Source: Octopus vulgaris (Eukaryota). From it: a stretch of 64,000 nt of DNA. The translations under genes and the position numbers were made by a program. The notes beneath the pieces are model-generated. The model saw only the letters and a list, made by a program, of their open reading frames with translations, was not told the DNA's origin and searched no databases. Below are positions 47,901 to 64,000 of the stretch, one piece after another (positions within the stretch are counted from its first letter, which is position 1; each line of letters begins with the position of its first letter). The stretch covers positions 13,764,001 through 13,828,000 of the forward strand of contig OX597831.1 of the NCBI GenBank assembly GCA_951406725.2, in the 5' to 3' direction.

Positions 47901-48388
47901 ATGCGTGCGTTTGTGTTTCTGTGTGCTTGCGACTGTATGCGTGTGTGTGTATGTGTGTGTATGTGTGTTTGTGTGTGTGCGTGTGTTTTTACTCCACCAA
48001 TTCTCGACACCAGCGTTAGATTGCTTATAGCTCCGTAACATAGCAGTCCGGCAACGGGACCGATGCAATAAATGCCCGAATCAAAAAAGAGGTACTGGGA
48101 ACCATTTCCCCACCACAAATCCTTCAAGAAATTGAACCTGCATTGTCGCAATCCAATGACTCAAACGAGCAATAAATAAAAGAATCTGAATCTAATATCT
48201 AAAACTTTGTATCACTTTCAAATCTCTGCTGAATAATTGTATTAGAATCTCTTTGTTCCGAAACACCGACAAGAAAAAGAAAACCTTGTTGCATTTCGAT
48301 TTGTTGATTAAAGACACAGATTAAATACGAACTTTTTACAAGGATACTCACCAACAATGAAAAGAGAAAGACATAGAAAATGTGTCAT
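40213..48388 (-). CDS. G4: small secreted/membrane-anchored six-cysteine protein, 112 aa; complement(join(40213..40331,44484..44572,46559..46652,48352..48388))
   Basis: GT-AG introns, phases 1-2-1, open frame: [112 protein letters not shown]. An in-frame ATG three codons upstream (MSKM) is an alternative start. Confidence 0.9.
40375..40740 (-). mobile_element. SINE family B
   Basis: Reverse complement of the 30915/59625 copies. Confidence 0.88.
41215..41990. repeat. (ACAT)n microsatellite, ~0.8 kb
   Basis: Direct reading; source of the MYVC/HTYI ORFs. Confidence 0.97.
42200..43333 (+). mobile_element. Decayed N-terminal part of an R4/Dong-like retrotransposon ORF
   Basis: INRKFASNPQTLYREM...P...LQSFWSKIWNEKKDFNLNASWL resembles the pre-RT region of R4/Dong elements. 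Confidence 0.65.
43400..43975 (+). mobile_element. Decayed Tc1/mariner-superfamily transposase fragment
   Basis: Remnants of WG..NPH, KVNAFCAI, PFF, QQD..SPHW and WPPRSP motifs. Confidence 0.75.
44685..45085 (-). mobile_element. CR1-like LINE 3' end
   Basis: SNTRGHVYKVRKQHSSHDFRKHFFTLRVAEAWNKLPASVV..STASFK followed by 3'UTR and (ATT)n tail. Confidence 0.85.
45768..46136. repeat. (ATT)n microsatellite
   Basis: Direct reading; source of the poly-I/poly-N ORFs. Confidence 0.97.
46185..46460 (+). mobile_element. tRNA-headed SINE-like element with (AAT)n tract and hammerhead-like tail
   Basis: tggcgtagtggctaag head; gacac-CTGATGA-aggctg..cagcc-GAAAcatt-gtgtt at 46362-46407; tandem aaatgtaaataat end. 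Confidence 0.6.
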
Positions 48389-48763
48389 CTTCGACATTCT
48401 CAAACCCAATATCTTATGAAATAGCCATACATACATACCTAGGCGCATGGACACACACACACACACGCACACACACACACACACACTCACACACACACAC
48501 ACACACACACACAAGTATGAGTGTACACGGGTTTGAGTGTGTTCTATATGTTTAAATATGATTTGGCAGCTCTTTGCTCTTATGTCATTCATAATGTAAT
48601 TAGATATATTGTGACGTAGTGAAAAATTTGGTTAACTATAAAACCAATTTCAGTGATTCGGCTAGGATGTCGAAATGTGATTGAAACCTACGTTCTTGTA
48701 ATTGGGAAATGATTTTCATTTTTATTCTGGATTTTCTTAAGCAATTCTTGCATATATCTCTAC

Positions 48764-49000
48764 ATCTCTCTATATATATAAAAGGCAGTTTGTCTGTCTG
48801 TGTGTCTGTCTGTGTGTCTATCAGGTTGTACCCTCACCCTGACCTCGGCTTTCAATTGATTCTGATGAAACTTGACACATACATAGCCCAATGTCATAAT
48901 TCAAAACTAACGCCGCAAAAAAGTTGCCCCAGTTCTCAAAAAAATTGATAAATTCGATATGGGGTCGAGAATCTAAGCTTATCATATGCAACACAGTTTC
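48764..49000 (+). mobile_element. Helitron-like non-autonomous 5' end
   Basis: tctc(ta)n-aaaggcag-(tgtc)n...gattctgatgaaactt pattern. Confidence 0.45.
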
Positions 49001-49199
49001 CGTTGTAGTTTTCGCAACTTGCAATCGATTTTCACCAAACTCATGGTGGAGCTTAATGTTACCCTAAGGAACTTAATTCTGACGTTAGTTTTCCATGCAA
49101 TACCTTACCATCAGAAAAAATCGATGAAGTCATGCCATTTTTGGAAATCGCGTTCAAATTCAAGATGACATATTTTCGACAATATCTTTAACAAATTGG

Positions 49200-49560
49200 C
49201 AGGAATAATAATCAAGAGGGTTGCAGTCTGGGGAGTTAGGTGGCCAAATGTTAGGAGTGATGTGGTCGCAGAGATTGTGTGACAGTCACAACTGGGTTCT
49301 CCTGCTTGTGTGGCATGATACAGAGTCCTGTTATCAGACGTTGGGTCGTCCAGCAGCTATCCTCTTGACCCAGAGCAGTACTACCTCCTCCAGGCACTTC
49401 ATGTAGGCCTCATTGTCGAGTGTGAGGTCCCGTGGGAGAAGAATGGGAGCATAACGTCGCCATCACTAGTGATCACTCCAAACAGCAAGATACTGACTGG
49501 ATGTTTTATTTATTTCACTCTCGGTACATGTCTTCATATTGCACTGTCTTCAGATTGGCA
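49200..49560 (-). mobile_element. Tc1/mariner (maT-like) transposase fragment
   Basis: QDSVSCHTS and WPPNSPDCNP motifs on the - strand. Confidence 0.75.
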
Positions 49561-50294
49561 CCCAAACATTCAGCAATGTTCGTATTAAATGAAATAGAAT
49601 GATTATGAAATCTAGATTTCCAAATTGTAGCAGACCAATCCATGTAATAATACGTCATATTCCATTACATTACTTCACTATATTCCTTCTCGAACTTTGA
49701 TTTTCTAAAGGGAAGATATAATTTTGATTTTAAAATTACAATGGCTTTTATTCCCATGCATATATTGCTTATGGTTAAAAGTGTCGGTACTAATCTCCCT
49801 CTGAGAAGTAGGTGTTGAAGCAGGATTGCTACTAGTATTATAATAATAATAATTATTATTATTATCATTACTAAGTGTTAACTTAACTGTATTATTAGAG
49901 TCGGAGTTACTTTTACTTAATGTATCAAAATTTGGTTCAGGAAATTTATCATTAGATTTAATTCCACAATTCATGCTACACGTCTCAACAGATTTTGAGT
50001 TGAGATACTGCTTCATTCGTTTGGTTTTTTTTTAATATTTTTATGTGCTGTTATAAATTCAGCCAAATTTCTGGGGGCTGAATATAAAACAATTTTATAC
50101 TATGGCGACTAAATAATCTTTCATACTTACCGCTAGGTGTGAAATATTTATCAATTGCAGCAAAAAAATTCCGAGAAATAATACCTATGGAATAGGTGAA
50201 TGGTACATTATACGAGAAAATATTCCTTTATTTAGTCTTTTTATTATTTATATATACGTTTTCCATAGTGTTAACATTATCAATATTATATTTC

Positions 50295-50478
<184 letters not shown>

Positions 50479-51591
50479 TATATACCAACCATATATTTAG
50501 TATCTACTAAGTATCTAGTTGAATCTATTCTTAATCATAATAAAATATTTATCTTCAATATTTCGTTTTTTACCGACCCCATTTGTATCGTTGTTACTAT
50601 TATTGATCTTAAGATAAATAAGATAAATAGAATTTCTGATGTATTTATTTTAATTCATATTACACTCGCTATCAAATTTCCTCTCATTCAATATTCTATC
50701 AAATACGGGAATGTTATTATTAATTTGATCCAGGGATTCCTTATACCCAGCTTCAAATTTTCATTTTCTGCAAATACCGCCTCACAAGCCAAAAGCTTCG
50801 AAATAGGAGTTGACATAATTTTAGCGATAGAATTTGTGATATTTCTAGAAAGGTTAGAATTTTTATTGACGTACATTAAGCACTCATTAACTTTATGAAA
50901 TGATTTGTCTGGTTCGTGGTTTATAATCATAGCTTAATAAGCAAAAGTAATTGTACAACAGTGTGCTTATATATTGTGTGTCTGAATGTTGAGGAAGGTG
51001 TATGGTACGGGGATCGATCCCTGGATGAATTCTGAATTTGTTTTCGTTTGGCTAATGCCGGTTCTTCATCTTCCACATTCTGCAACTGATGTAACATTCA
51101 CAGCGTCGTTGAAGAGAATAAAGTTTTAAAGCGGTCCAAATAATGAAGATTACCTGTGGCTATTATAATTTATATTATCTAACTTCAATATATAATACAT
51201 CATATTTTATTTTAATATAACAAAGTTTGTTTCACAGTTATGTTATGGTTCTTGAAAAAAGTGCAGGAAGTTATTTTTTGCTATATCGCTGATATCGTTG
51301 ATAGTGTCTCTTGTTATATATACGTGTCTGTGTGTGTGTGTGTTTATGTGTATGTGTGTGTGCGTGTGTGCGCGCATATTATCGCGACATATGCTATTTT
51401 GTGAGGCTGTAGATAGAGGCTCCGTCTGGAAATTCTTTCTTCAGCTTTGCTGACATTAGAGTGTCTGGCGTGAGTGGAGAGACCCGTGTGACATACTTGA
51501 GTGCAATGAGAGAATCATAAAGAGTTCTTTGGCACTTAGCTGTTGCTGCTGTATTCGCATTTATATCCACTCGCTCACGCACAAACATACA

Positions 51592-51632
<41 letters not shown>

Positions 51633-53090
51633 GTATATAATGCAATACGAATGTATAGCGTCGTATTTATTACGATTGCTATTTTCCAGTAAATATTGGT
51701 GCCTTGTACCAATTATCTACTTTTATATATATATAAGTATATAAATGTGTGTGTGTGTGTGAGCGTATATATGTAAATGTATAAGGTGTGGGTGTATGTA
51801 ACCGTTTGTGCAATATATGTCCCATGTACACTACCGGTTTGCCAAAATACAGAGCGCTGACACAACTATTCATTTTTTAAAGAATTTCTATTTGTTTACT
51901 ATGATAGACTGACTTGTTTCCAAAGCTGTCGAAAACAGTTGTATCATTTATGGTGCGTACGGATGCTATGCTATAACAGAAATAACTGCAGAGAATGGTT
52001 TTTGCTCACTTCAAGAAAGGAAGATCCGACCGTAATGACATTACATATTCCCACCATCCTGTTTGGTTCGTCTACGAAAATCTGCGCCAGCCCAAAAGGG
52101 AAATGCCCAGCAGATAGCACCGTCTCAAGATACCAGTGCCCGTTATCGTCACTCGACAGTAAATATCCAAAACACATTTTGAACGAAAGATATACACTTA
52201 ACTACGACAAGTTTGCTCGCTCGCCAACAGGTTTTTCGTGGACACAAACATATTTTTTACCGCATGGTCACCAGCGATTAAAAATAATATCATTCCGTCA
52301 ATATGAAAGAGTAGAAAGCAACCAAACCTCCGAGACAGCGCAGAGCTGCATACAGAGAAGGAGATAGATTGCGTGTGGTGAGATTGGGTTCAAAGCAGCG
52401 TTTTAAGTTCAGCAATTGCATCGGCTCAACAAGGTAATCCATCTGGTGAAGAGATCTCACAGCTGACTAATTCGACACTAGAATGACCAACTTAAATAAA
52501 CAAGGAAAAGAAACCTCGCAGTCTAGCAAACCTAGAGAGCAACGCAGATATAGTTAGCAAAGATACATAAATTTCTTTTATTTAGGTTAGTATTTCTCTT
52601 CACACTCACTGCAGTCAAAACACAATTCAGGAACTGATTACTGAGTAGGATATGAGCTGCAATGAGAAAAAACAAAACAGAATTGTTATTCGCATACCTT
52701 TCGTGAATGTGATGACAATTAATCTAGGTAAATTCACTAAGAGAATAGAGATTATTTCGCACTAATATTACAAACTATTGATAATGCAGAGATGATATGA
52801 GATGTATTAGTGCCAGGATAATAAATCTCATAACATGAATGCGATATTTCAATCATTATTAACCGGTCATCACAAAACATTACCGTGAGATATAACATTG
52901 TAACTGAAGGAGATGAAAGTTATTTTACGTTGTCATTAAAAATATTAATAATCCAGAGATGATACGCTCTTGATATAAATTCTGTGTCATATATTCTGAG
53001 AGTGAACTAGCAAGAGAAATCATGAATTGACTATATTCATATAAATATTCTCACATCAAATATATTCTTTTCAGTTATCTTTGAATTCCA

Positions 53091-63477
<10,387 letters not shown>

Positions 63478-64000
63478 CCTGGATATTCGTATTAAAGAGA
63501 ACATGTCGAGAAATATTCGCATTACAGTAACCTCGTCATGTATACTTAATATGACATAACATCTGTTGCCATCCTTGAAAGAATATATACATTTGCTGTA
63601 TAGAATATGGCATAGTTTATTACCAGACTCTTACTGTTTTTCCTGATTATGGAAACTATTTTAATGATTTATTTAACATAAGTGAAGCAAGGTTTTCAAG
63701 GTGTAAACCGGAAACTGAAAATGCTTCTCCTTGCAATTTCTTGATGAGAATGGAGAAAATAAAACTCGTAGAGAACTGAAGTCATTTGAAATGGGATGGG
63801 ACATCGTCTTCTGAATCTGTGAGACTCTGGTGCACTCACCATCTAATAGATGCATCCTATTCTCGGAGAGAGGCGGATTGAGAAAGAGGATGTTTTCTGT
63901 TGCAGGTTTTGAAATTACAAAATTAATTGAAAATTTTCAAATTTGGTATATTGCTATAATTTTACCCGCTGAATCCGAATTTGTTCTTCATTTATTTCAG

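Noticed and set aside
63660-64000. Possible sixth paralog or upstream exon (donor-like gtgagt near 63835)
   Set aside because: No signal-peptide or Cys-pattern match; looks more like a DNA-transposon end, and the window is truncated here

Overview
AT-rich, microsatellite-, SINE- and transposon-dense eukaryotic DNA. The SINE and repeat types resemble those of Octopus (cephalopod) genomes, which is an inference. Nearly all ORFs in the supplied track are artefacts of simple repeats or decayed transposons. Reading splice signals on both strands reveals a tandem cluster of five intact, paralogous 4-exon genes (G1 -, G2 -, G3 +, G4 -, G5 -) that the ORF track does not show. All five have a 37-nt signal-peptide exon and intron phases 1-2-1. 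Each encodes a 103-112 aa protein: signal peptide, six-cysteine domain C-x5-CP-x13-17-C-x8-C-x7-C-x11-12-C, and a C-terminal hydrophobic GPI-type signal. Inter-cysteine residues are highly diverged, while the Cys frame and a 3'UTR motif are conserved. G1 and G2 share a nearly identical promoter/exon-1 cassette, and G2/G3 are head-to-head. I do not recognise the family by name, but its C-x8-C-x7-C core resembles neuritin/CPG15 and the RGM N-terminal domain. The rest of the window holds Tc1/mariner relics, APE-LINE, CR1, R4/Dong and Penelope fragments, Helitron-like elements, tRNA-SINEs and several foldback elements carrying minimal hammerhead-ribozyme cores.
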